Source: Macrostomum lignano (lineage: Eukaryota). From it: a stretch of DNA of 64,000 nt. Below the pieces are notes generated by a model. The model did not search any database, was not told the DNA's origin, and saw only the letters and a program-made list of their open reading frames with translations. Below are positions 38,770-50,359 of this stretch, in pieces. The number at the start of each line of letters is the position of its first letter. Within the stretch, counting starts at the first letter, position 1. The translations under genes were made by a program, and so were the position numbers. The stretch is taken from NCBI GenBank assembly GCA_002269645.1, contig NIVC01001049.1:186001-250000 (forward strand), in the 5' to 3' direction.

Positions 38770-38890
38770 TGTTCACTGCTCCAACCACCCTACATTTGTA
38801 TATCCACTCTGCACCAAGCCGCTCTTCAACTTACAAGAGACTCCGCATAGGTGCCGCCTGCGCCAGACCTGCGTCACCAGCCTGCTGCTC
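38770..38890 (+). pseudogene. Decayed TRAF RING fragment (copy F)
   Basis: CTKPLFNLQETPHRCRLRQTCVTSLL, preceded by GTTCACTGCTCCAACC, which matches the 5' leader of copies D/E. Confidence 0.7.
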
Positions 38891-39093
38891 TCCTCGCAGT
38901 CATTTCATTGTTTTTCTAAAAATACATTATTCGCTATTCTTAGCATTTCTGACCGGACAAACTAGCAACTACATTGTACATGTACATTGTGAAATGAAAC
39001 TAACTCTATAAATTCCTGATCCCACTGGCTCTGCTTCAAGTTCCGCTCTGAAGATTTTCGAATTAAATTAGATTGTCTGCATCAACTTCAACC

Positions 39094-39921
39094 ATGTCCG
39101 AGCTGCCTTCGAGTGTGTCGGAAGCCCGGCCGGTCTCCGATCTGCCGGCTCACCTGCAGTGCAGCTGCTGCTCCAACGCCCAGTTCAACGCCTTCAACTC
39201 TTCAACGCCCGACAGACTCCGCATGGGTGCCGCCTGTGCCAGGCCTGCGTCACCGGCCTGCTGCACGAGGTGGAGAAGCGGCCCTGTCCCGGACACACCG
39301 AGGCCTGCACACTCAGAGACCACCACTCGGAGGAGGACGCTGGCGGCGAGGTCGAGATCGAGGTGAGCCAGGCTACCTGCTTTCCCGACATGGCGACGAG
39401 ACGCGAGGTCGCCAAGCTGCGAGTCCGCTGTCCGAACTGCGACGCCGGCTGCTCTGTCCAACTCGAATGGGCTCGCATGGACCAGCATGTGCAACAGAGC
39501 TGCGACTGGCACTCACTCCGCTGTGAGCAGTGCAAAGAGCTCATTCTGAAGAAGGACATGCAGCGACACACCAGCAGCGAGTGTCGCCACAGGAAGGAGA
39601 CCTGCGACCTGTGCTCTCAGCTGGTCACACACAGCGAGATGGAGACCAGTCACAGGAATCTGCAGTCCGATGTGTGCTGTCCGAGATACTCTGCTCGCTG
39701 TCCTCACTGCAACAGTAGAAAAAAACTGGATTGACGTGCTTACGTTGCTCACCTGTCGGAGTGTCCCGAGAGACCGGTAGAGTGCAAGTACTCTCACCTG
39801 GGCTGCAGGGCGATGGTGCGCAGGTCCGATCTGGAGAGGCACCACATCGACAGCGTGGACTCTCACCTTGCGCTCATGGACTCGAGGCTCTGACAGGCCG
39901 TGATAGCTCAGCGGAGTACAG
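39094..39921 (+). pseudogene. TRAF-like pseudogene, copy C
   Basis: Net +17-nt micro-duplication (TTCAACGCC repeats, 39177-39197) shifts the frame; AGA>TGA stop at 39732-4; second TGA near 39891; a homologous phase-1 donor is retained at 39922. Confidence 0.88.
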
Positions 39922-40059
39922 GTAAATAAGAACTTTTTTATAATAAAAAATATTTTAGACTTTCATTACAACAGCCCCAAGGTATGTCGTTGAGTTCAAG
40001 TGAGTCTTTGTTGCAGAAGATGAGGCAGGCCGACTTCCCTAATGTTTTTTAAACTGAGA

Positions 40060-43000
40060 TTTTATAATGCGGAAAAGTTTTTTAATCATTTGTCAGCGTC
40101 TGTGAGGACTGTAGCGGCTTTCCAGAGTCTTGAACAATTTCGAAATTGCCCACGTGGCGCCAGGATCGAGTCACCTGCCGAACAGCTAGTAATTCTTGTG
40201 AGCCTTCAAATTTTTATGTTCTAGTGAGTTGTTAAACGCTTCTTAAAAGTAGAGAGGCATTACCATTTTTCAGCTACTCGAACAGCGGAACTCTGAGCCA
40301 GTGGATTCTGCTGCCTGAACTTGGTGACCGATTTGGCCAGCTTATCTAGTTACTTTGAGCCTTTCTGTCGTTAATACAATGATATTATTACTCGTGCTTC
40401 CTAATATTAAGCCTATTACGAGCTGCGATGGTTGTAAAATCGCCAAATCAAGCGTTCGAATTTTTGCTGTTTCTGCATGCTGATTGATTTATGTCTCAGT
40501 TGTTGTGAAATTTATCCAATATTCTTCGCTCTGAAAGCATCACCAAAAGTACACAGAATTCGGGTACAGGTCATCACAACACATGACTATAACGAGGAAC
40601 GACTTGTTCGGTACTGCCTTGTAGCCTTCCTGTATTTCTTTACTAGAATGAAATGTTGACTCACCACTGCTAAAATTATAACTTTCCACAGTACTTAATG
40701 CAGTTCCGTTCTACATGGAAAAGCTACAAGGTACTACAGCTGCACTTTATTAAAAGCCTATGCACTTTAAATAGTACGCACTAAAAGTTAAAACTTTTCG
40801 TCTGACAAGTTTCATTGGTATCGAGGAAAACTTCTGCGATTTGGCTGGACTCGAGGACGATTCAATGGTTCATCAGTGTAACTAAAAACGGTTTGCTTCG
40901 AGCGCTTTTATTATGATTAATTAAAATCGACATCGAAAATTCACTTCTACTCTCAGCTCCTCAACGGGCCGTTCCCGATAAAAACTGTACCAAGGCTAAG
41001 AAGCGCCCCAGAGCCACGCCCCAAAGTTGTTTCAGAGTCTTTGCAGGTAACACAGGTAAAATAGGAAAGAGGTGACTCTAAATGACTCTAAAACGGTGAG
41101 AATTCACCGCCGAAAATTCGCCGAAAAGTCATCAAAGAGTCAAAGTCGTCTACGACCCTGAAATTCCTTTAGTGTGTGATGCAAGTGACTGTGTGGCGCT
41201 TTTATACTGAATCTGGTGCCGGCGCATCTGCGGTACTTTATGATCTGCGATACATTTTGCGTTTATAAAAAAACTCTGTTTAGTCTACTTGAGTTGGTAA
41301 TAAGTTACGTGAATACGACTCTTGGACAACTTTTGCGCGACTCATATGATTATACAACTCACTTGATGCGCTCGAGACTCAAGAGTCTCCTCTAAGCCGC
41401 ATTGCAGTCGCTTGAGTCGTTACAAGAGTCGCTCCTGAGTTGCTCGAGTAATTTTTGCTACAACTCCTGCTAAACGATAGCGATTCTTGTCCAAGACTTT
41501 GACGTTTTCAGCGTGTGTCCAATCGCCAATAGAACAAATCAAAAAGACGGAACCTACACTTGAAGCTATCCTCGGCTGAAGGTGGCAAGTTTCACGGATG
41601 CAGCAACTGCCACTGGGCGGTCTGACGACTCGGACTCACGAACTGGCTGCATGTTGAACAAAATGCTGTTGTAACTGAAATTTGACTCACCTCCACTACA
41701 TTCCCAGTTCCGAAAAGCTAACACAGTGTACTTGCTAAGCTAACACAGTGTACTTGCTAAGCTAACTCAGTGTACATGCTAAGCTAACTCAGTGTACATG
41801 CTAAGCTAACTCAGTGTACATGCTGTTGCGACTTCCCTAGTCATTTCTTAGTTCACCTTCACTTGTCTCTGTTTACTCTGTTTTCTCTCTCTCTCTCTCT
41901 CTGTCTAGCTCAATCGTGTTATTCTTATCTCTCTCTCTCCCTTGCTGCCTTCTGATTGGTTCTCCATTCTCGCCTCTCTATTTAGTCGCGCACTCCACCC
42001 CTCTCTTTATTATCTGCAATTCAAACCGCCTAAGTTAATGTCTGGTATAAATATACTTGTTTGGGCCTTACTGGTTTATCTTAAATTCAATTTAACTCTA
42101 ATTTAAATATCTCATAATTCAATCGTTACTAGTATTTTCTCTACATAATACCTGTTCGGGCGCCATGTACATGTAGAGAAAATACTAAGATTTTATAATT
42201 CAGAAAAGTTTTCCATTGAACGAGCTACATTCTTCAGCGTCGGAAGCTGCTGTGAGGTTTGCAGCAGCTTTTCAGAGTCTTGAACAATTTCAACAGCGGG
42301 TACGGGGCGCCAGGATCGAGTCATCTACCGAACAGCTGGTCATTTAGTAATTTGCTAAACGAATTCAAAATGTTTCTCCCATTTTAGCTACTCGAATTGC
42401 GTCATTCTGAGGCAGTCGGTTCTGCTTCCTGAACATGGTGACCGATCTGGCAAGCTTATCGAATTACTTCGAGCTTTTTCTGTACTTGATACTTTCTTAC
42501 TCATATTTCTTAATATCATGCCTATCAAAAGCGCCAAATCAAACGTTCGAACTTTGGAAGTTTTCTTGTATGCTGATGGATCGAGAATTCTTCGCTACAG
42601 AAGCATCAACAGAAAGTGCACTGAAGGTCAGAAGTGGCTTGCAGGTCATGGAAAAATAACAATAATGAGAAACGTGACATTTCTAAGGCTTATTCGGTAC
42701 TACCTTGTAGCCATGCTGCGTTGCACGACGAGAATAAGTTTGTGATTCAGTGCTATAATTATAACTTCGGACAGCAAATAATGCTGCTCTGTTTTTGAAA
42801 ATCCTTGAAAAGCTATACAAGGTACTACAGCTGCATCTCAATAACTTACTATGCACTTTAAATAGTACACACTAGATGGTAAAACTTTTCGTCTGTCTGA
42901 CCATTCTTTTGTACGCAGGAAAACTGCTCAACTATTTATTGGCAAGACTAAAGCGCTTTTCAATGCGCACTTCTGGGATTCACTCTGACTACCCCATATT

Positions 43001-43800
43001 GACAACAATCTTCACTAAGCGCTCCTTAAAGCAATTAGGTTGTTTATTTTCTAGGGGAAATACCAGATGACTAAAAACCGTTTGATTCGAGCACTTTTAT
43101 GATTAAAATCGATATAGAAATCTTACTTCTACTCTTAGATCCTCAACGGGCCCTTCCCAATGAAAACGGTGCTCGTACTAAGGACAAGAAGCGTCCCAGA
43201 GTCACTTGTGTCGCCCCAGAGTTGTTTTGGAGTCGTTGCAGGTAACACAGGTAAAATAGGAAAGAAGCGACTCTAGACGACTTTGAAACGACGAGAAGTC
43301 ACGCGGTGAAAGTCGCCGAAAAGTCGTCAAAGGGTCGCCTAAGCGTCAATTCATTGTCTGCGACTCTGAAACGCCTCCGGCAAGTGACTCTGTGGTACTT
43401 CTATTGTAAGGTATAATGACTCTGCTGCCGATGCATGCTAGAGTTGCTTTAGAATCACTGAGTTGCGTCTACAGAATCTGTGTCACTTGATGAATTAGAA
43501 TCGCATTTCGAACTTATAAGAACTCTATTCAGTCTACTCGAGTTAGTATGAAACTATGCGTGAATATATCGACTATTACACAACTTTTTTGCGACTCATA
43601 CGATTCTACGACTTAAAAGTCGCTTCTAAGCCGCATTACAGTCACTTGAGTTGGTAAAACGTCACAAGAGTCGCCCCAGAGCTGCTATAGTAATCTTTGG
43701 TATGACTCTAGCGATTCTTGTCCCGCTACGTAACGTTTTCAATGTGTTTCAACTTGCTAATATAACAAATAACAAAGACAGAACTAACAATTGAAGCTTT
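40060..43800. repeat. Diverged direct segmental duplication (~40060-41570 vs ~42200-43800)
   Basis: Colinear shared anchors, e.g. CAGAGTCTTGAACAATTTC, GGCGCCAGGATCGAGTCA, CTCAACGGGCC, GCAGGTAACACAGGTAAAATAGGAAAGA, TTGAAGCT. Confidence 0.85.
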
Positions 43801-44596
43801 TAATTTAGCAAAAAATCGAAAGATGGAAAACTGAGGCAAGAGCCAGACTATAATTAGAAGTAATAAAACTGGACCTCATCGTTCGACACGCGACTATTTT
43901 TTTAATTGCTTTAAAAAGCCCGTGCACACAAAACGCAAAAAAATAAAACGACCTATTTGGGGCCGCCATATACGCAAAATTATACGGACGAGATAGAAAA
44001 AAAATTTTATTGGCAATTTTGTTTGTGCAAAAATCTGACAACCTACTTTAGAATTTCCCATGGAGCTGCATTTATCGGGACACAAATATCAAACCTCGGG
44101 AGAGACTTATGCACGAGAAACATTATAGAGATCCCTAATGCCTACTGTTCGCTGTAAAATAAATGAAAAATAAAAGAGCTGAGCGTCTCGCGTGTACGCA
44201 TTCTTTCAAGTCCGCTAACCCATAAATACAGGCATTCGAATCGGCAACTCACAGTCGAAAGCACAGTTGACCTGATTGAACGGAGAACCACTGGTCCGAA
44301 ATAATAGCAAAGTAAACAAAAAGGCAATGTGTACTTTTTCACGCACTAAAAGTACGCAGCGGAGCAATTTCAGATATCGTATGAGTATTCATAAACAATT
44401 CTCCCGAGCTATTTTAAAATCCAACAAGTCAAGCCATTCCGTGAGTGGAAAAATCAATCAAAGACAAGGAGACATGTAAGAAGCAAAATTATGATTTTAA
44501 GTAATCACGAGCTTGTAAAGAAATGGGTAGAATAACTGCAGATGCCTTTGCAATGCATGTTTTACGCTAAGTTTAAAATGCATTGAAAAGTGAATA

Positions 44597-47063
44597 TTAC
44601 AAGCTTGAACCAACTGGCAACTTCAGGCAGAAAACGTTGCCCGAGCATCTCCGACAAGCAGATGCAGCTGAGCATCGAATGACAGCAGCTTCATCGTAGT
44701 AACTTCGCAGCTGTGCTTGAAGTGCGACACCTGCAAAAATTGCAGGGTTCGAAATATTCTGATAATAAAAAACACAATGCGATAGAAGCTCATGAGGGAG
44801 ATTTTAAGCCGCACCTCAGCGAGCTGGTTCAGTGCAGCTCCGGCCTGCATGCGCCAGACGCTGACTTCCCCGCCGGCCGAGGCCGTGGCGAGGAACGGCA
44901 GGGCGCCGCTCAGATCGTCCGTCAGCCGGCAGAGGGCGGTGATTGGCTGCGCGTGGCACTGCAACGGGCGGTGAGCACAGTGCGATCAAATATTTCTTCT
45001 GAGGTCAGATTTTCAAGACGTTGAAATTCTCTGCAGCTGTTCAAAAAGCTTACCAGAAATCTGCTGACCACTGGGCAGAGCTGCATGTTGGAGTCCACTC
45101 TGAGCACCGAGATCCGCCCGGGTATCCCACAAGGGAATATCAGACAGGCTTCTCCGGGCAAGTCGCCGGCAGCGAATGCCTGCAGCAAGGCCGCAGCTTC
45201 GTCCAGCAAGTCGAGTCGGTCTGAAGCTCGCCAGCCTCCAACAATGGCAGGACCCGGCAACGCGGTGCGCAGCGTCGCCAAGTAAAGCCTGGGGTTGCCG
45301 AGCTGCAAGCAGAGCATGTAGCCCGGCTCCACGATCCGCAGAAGCACCGGCGGCCCAGCCGTCGCATCCAGGTCGCCGGCACTTTGGTGCCGAAGGGCGA
45401 CGAAACTGCCCTGCGCTGCCACCAAAGCCAAAGTGGAATCTTCAAAGCCTACGACTGCCGCGTGATTCTCAGGGATGGGGCAGAGGGCTGTCACGGGCGA
45501 GTGGCTGTCCAGCAGCTCTGCGACTCCGGCATTCAACATGTCACGCAGAAGCGACTCAATGCCTTGAAGTAGGAGCTGCCCACAGCGGATTCTGACCAGG
45601 CCTGTCCGCTGCTGCCAGCTGAGCAACAGAAGGCTACCCGTCGGCGAGTTCAGATGGGTCACGGCTCCCCAAGCTGATGGCGCCAGCATTCGATGCTGCA
45701 GACACATGGAGTCCAGGTGCCACAGCAGCACGGACCCGTCCGCGCCGCCAGTGGCAACAAAAGAAATGTTTCCAAGACGGCAGACTGCGGCGACTCGACT
45801 GCTGTGACCTCGGCTGAAGCCCAGCTCAGCGGGTGGCAAGTTTGAAGGATGCAGCAACTGCACTGGGCGGTCAGACGACTCGGGGTCGCGAACGGGCTGC
45901 AAGTTGAAGGCGAAAAAGCTAACACACTGCACTTGCTAAGCTAACAAACTACACTTGCTAAGCTAACACAGTGTACTTGCTAAGCTAACACAATGTACTG
46001 GCTAAGCTACGAACACAGTGTACTTGCAAGTCTTACAACATGCACTTGTTCGGCTCCACCAAAAGGAAGAGGAAAATGTTGCGTCGCAATCGACCCGCCG
46101 GTTGCAATAAAATTCGCTGAAGGCGCTGCTGGATCCTGGACAGGCTCCTGCGGCGAATCAGTCAGCCTTTCGTCAAACAAAATTCTGCTGCTGTCCGTGG
46201 CGGAGTCACGCGCTGGTCGGCTCCCAGAGTTGCCTGAGAATCCGTGAAGTTGAATAGTTTGCTACTTTTCAGAAAATTGAAGCCAGAAACACACATGACA
46301 TAAATTTGTATTTAAAAATGTTTCACTTACCAATAGCTCGCTGCAGCCGTTGAGAAGAGGCAATTTGGCGCTGAGGTGCGATCGAAGCGCCACGAGGTCT
46401 CTCGGGACACTCCGACAGGTGAGCAACATATCCCCGCCTGTCCATCGGTGTGCTCCGCTCCGAGCAGTGAGGACAGCGAGCTGAGAATCTCGGACAGCAC
46501 ACATCGGACTGCAGATTCCTGTGACTGGTCTCCATCTCGCTGTGTGTGACCAGCTGAGAGCACAGGTCGCAGGTCTCCTTCCTGTGGCGACACTCGCTGC
46601 TGGTGTGTCGCTGCATGTCCTTCTTCAGGATGAGCTCTTTGCACTGCTCACAGCGGAGTGAGTGCCAGTCGCAGCTCTGTTGCACATGCTGGTCCATGCG
46701 AGCCCATTCGAGTTGGACAGAGCAGCCGGCGTCGCAGTTCGGACAGCGGACTCGCAGCTTGGCGACCTCGCGTCTCGTCGCCATGTCGGGAAAGCAGGTA
46801 GCCTGGCTCACCTCGACCTCGACCTCGCCGCCAGCGTCCTCCTCCGAGTGGTGGTCTCTGAGTGTGCAGGCCTCGGTGTTTCCGGGACAGGGACGCTTTT
46901 CCACCTCGTGCAGCAGGCCGGTGACGCAGGCGTGGCACAGGCGGCACCCGTGCGGAGTCTGTCGGGCGTTGAAGAGCGGCTTGGAGCAGCTGCTGCACTG
47001 CAGGTGGGCCGGCAGATCGGAGACCGGCCGTGCGGCCGTCACACTCGAAGGCAGCTCGGACAT
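44597..47063 (-). CDS. TRAF-like RING/zinc-finger module fused to WD40 repeats (copy D); exons 47063-46331, 46233-46037, 45896-45054, 44958-44815, 44730-44623 (44597 if one G is restored)
   Basis: All four introns are GT-AG (97, 140, 95, 84 bp) with compatible phases 1,0,0,0, giving ~674-683 aa. WD-like units: RGHSSRVAAV...FVATGGADGSVLLWHL; SHSPVTALC...VVGFEDSTL; CHAQPITAL...FLATASAGGEVSVWRM. Confidence 0.72.
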
Positions 47064-47324
47064 GGCGGTTGAAGCAGTGAACTGTTTTCAAACGTTTTTA
47101 ATTGTCAGTTCTAAATAGGCTGCCTTCACTTTACTAGGGTTACTGCTAATGCCACAGGGTTCTACCTGAACTCTTCAGTACTGTCTACTGTACTGCAGTT
47201 ATTTCCTCTTATAAGGTTGTTCATATGGCGTGCGTTGCTTCCTTGATAAAGGCTGCCTGTGATTCTGTTTATAGGCGTTTTCATTTTAGATGAAGTTTTC
47301 CTTATTTACAAAACGTCTAAAATT

Positions 47325-47465
47325 AAATGTACTGCGGTGCTGCGAGTACACTATTAGCTACAGTGATGGAAATGCACTGCGGTGTCGTGAGTACACTATT
47401 AGCTACAGTGATGCAAATGTACTGCGGTGTCGTGAGTACACTATTAGCTACAGTGATGGAAATGT
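47325..47465. repeat. Three copies of a 45-bp unit; the surrounding 47245-47545 block is duplicated at 48535-48760
   Basis: Unit AAATGTACTGCGGTG...TACAGTGATGG; the second block has one unit and the same flanks. Confidence 0.85.
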
Positions 47466-49094
47466 AAATTTCCTTCGCTTTCTTCACTTTGAACAGATTC
47501 GAGCGTATATCTGCTTAAAACATGATCAGGTACAACCTATGACATTTCACGGACTACTTAAGTAGACGATATAAACGACAATTAAGTAGTCCGTGAATAT
47601 GATTTGGCAAATAGCACTCTTTAATATTGGCATCAAATCAAAAGATTGACAAAACTTAAGACATTTTTATGGCTCGCAATTCAGGCCACCCATTCGCAAT
47701 TGAGGTGACATGTTTTCGTCAGGAAGAGGTCAAAAATCATGATCAAATTTCTTCAACTTTAACTCAGTGTGCAAAATTATACTCAACTCACAGTAGTGGT
47801 GCGTACTCGTAGGCACAATTAGAAGCCACCGATGTGCTTGGGAACCAGATTTTTAAGCTGTTGATATTTTAAGCGGCTTTCCACGGATAATCCTTAATAT
47901 CTCATCGCAAGCGGCAAGTCCAAGTGAAGCCCATAGCAATTCCGTGGATTCTCCAGCAGTGAAGAACGCATTCAATACTCGTACGAGGCTATTCTACGGC
48001 TTTTCCGGCTAAATCAGAATGGTAATGTTTCAAAGAAAAGAACTTCAAAGAAAACGTGAGTACAGTGCATGCGCACACAGTTGCCGCCCAGTTAAAAGGC
48101 GAAATGCAGACTCTACTTAGCTCGCAGTAGAGTGAAACATGGTGTACGCCACAAAGTGTTTTTGTATTGCACATTGCAACTAAGTACAGTCAACACTGCA
48201 CGTTTAAAAGGGAACTTGTTTTTTGCGCTTGGCATTGTACGCAAAGTTAGTACACTAAGTTTTTCGCAACCAAGCGATGGAGTTTTGCTGCTTTATAAAC
48301 GCGTATAGGTTTCTCAGCATTGTGTCAACAAAAAATTAAGCAACACCTCAAAAGAGGCCCAGAACTTCTAAAGAAATCCCGCAAGAATTGCTGGCTAGTT
48401 TTATGAAATGATTGATGTGATCTGATTTGGATAATTGCATTACTGATATCAGAATAACTATATGATTACTAAACCCTGTATCTGTTAAACTGCAAGTAAT
48501 GAGGTGCAGAGTAAGTATTTGTACGATGTCTTCCTTGTTAAAGGCTGCCTGCATGCATCTATTTATAGGCTTTATTCATTTTGGATGAAGTTCTACTTTT
48601 TATGTACGTCTAAAATTAAATGTACTGCGGTGCTGTAAGTACACTATCAGCTACCGTGATAGAAATGTACACTTCCTTCGCTTTCTTAACTTTTGAACAG
48701 ATATAAAAACACATTTATATATCTGCTTAAAACATGATCAGATACGAGTACAATCTATGACGTTTTTGCATACAGCTGGTAAATAGGTATGAAAGGCTCA
48801 TTGTGTATTATTGAAATATCACTAAAGAGTAATGTGAAAGATATTAGAAAAATAACGTTACTATCTTTTATGCTTCTACACTTCTGTAAACAGAACTTAA
48901 AAATTCATAGGTAATAGCTACTTGTTTAGGTATTCTCAATCCCAGCTAAATATTCATGAATATCCGAGTGTTAAAGGGATAAAACTATGAAATTGACAAT
49001 AGAAAAATTCTAACAAAAGCAGAATTTGTCATCTGTTGCCTGATAATTCTTTGCCTTCATTTTTTGTCTTTAATTTTGCCCAGACAAGAATTCA

Positions 49095-49412
49095 GTACTA
49101 GAATTCATAGACTACTAGAATAGGTTACTAGAATTCATTTCCAGAGTTCATAGACTACTCGAATAGGTTTCTAGAATTAATTAATAGAGCTCATAGACTA
49201 CTAGAATAGGTTACTAGAGCTCATAGACTACTAGAATAGGTTACTAGAGCTCATAGACTACTAGAATAGGTTACTAGAGCTCATAGACTACTAGAATAGG
49301 TTACTAGAGCTCATAGACTACTAGAATAGGTTACTAGAGCTCATAGACTACTAGAATAGGTTACTAGAATTCATTACTAGAGCTCATAGACTACTAGAAT
49401 AGGTTACTAGAA
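49095..49412. repeat. 30-bp minisatellite (CTAGAGCTCATAGACTACTAGAATAGGTTA), left part
   Basis: Array is interrupted by the LTR element and continues at 58062-58290. Confidence 0.93.
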
Positions 49413-50359
49413 TTAATTATGTTGTGTCTCGGCCTAATGGCCGCTGGACGGGTCAAGGTTCGGGCCCTCCCCGCCTGAGACACCCCTGTCCCAGCCCTCA
49501 CCCCGGCTATTCCTACCCTGTCTCGCTCGGTTCGGCGAGAGTTCGCCTGACCGAACACCCTGGGATCGGCGAGAGTTCACCGTTCCCAGGTCCCTGCAGA
49601 TCCCGGCCCCACGCGGCAACCCAGAAGAACGAAAGCTCGAGCTCACCTCCTCTTGATATATCGAGTTACTAACGAAGCGTTTATTGGCCCGAAGCAGTTA
49701 TTGGCACGCGAAGGCAGAGGTACGCCGATGAACGCAAAAACAGTAAGAACGAAGCGGACACCAATAGAGAGCAAACGTGGAGCGCAGCCCGCTCAGGGCT
49801 AGCATTTAAATAATACACAAAAAAGGGGGAGGGGTGGGGCAGAATGGAGACGGCGAGCCAAACCCTGGGGCCCAGCCGGCTTATCAGCCAGCCAGCCAAT
49901 ACGAGCAGCCCCAGGGTGAGGCGGGCAACGAGGGAGGGGGGGGGCACCCAGATTGGACAGAGATTGGGCCGGGGCTGGGTGCAAAGGGCTAGGCCAGGGT
50001 TGAGACTTACGCCTCTCACAAACCCTGGCCCGGGCGCGAGACGGGGGACGGGGCGGGGTGGCATGAAAACTGAAAACAAAAGTACGAGTACATACACACT
50101 GGAAGGGCGCAGCCCAACATCCTCCCCCTCCACGAAAAAGAAGAGGAGAAAGGGGATGTCAAGCAAAAAGCAACGCATGAACAAGCAAGTCTGAAAAAAA
50201 GTTAATTCAAAAAACGACGGCCGAAAAATAACAGAAAAACTTTGACGCGACGCGTGGATATCGCCGGCATTACAAAAAACAAAAACGAAAAAATGAAAAC
50301 GGGACACAAACTATTGCGTACGCAAAAATTGAAAACGGGCTTAAGAACGCAATTCTACT

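Noticed and set aside
41050-41520. Possible MITE in the GACTC/GAGTC-rich block (also 43250-43750)
   Set aside because: Only weak terminal similarity (ACACA...AAAA) and no clear TSD; better explained by the segmental duplication.
44597-47063. Calling copy D an ortholog of TRAF7
   Set aside because: Its RING-ZF is nearly identical to neighbouring MATH-type paralogs and I see no TRAF7-specific similarity; only the architecture is shared.
49681-50307. 208-aa hydrophobic ORF running into the 3' LTR (env-like?)
   Set aside because: Starts at a non-ATG codon in a T-rich 3' UTR and reads through LTR sequence; hydrophobicity follows from composition; no fusion-protein motifs.
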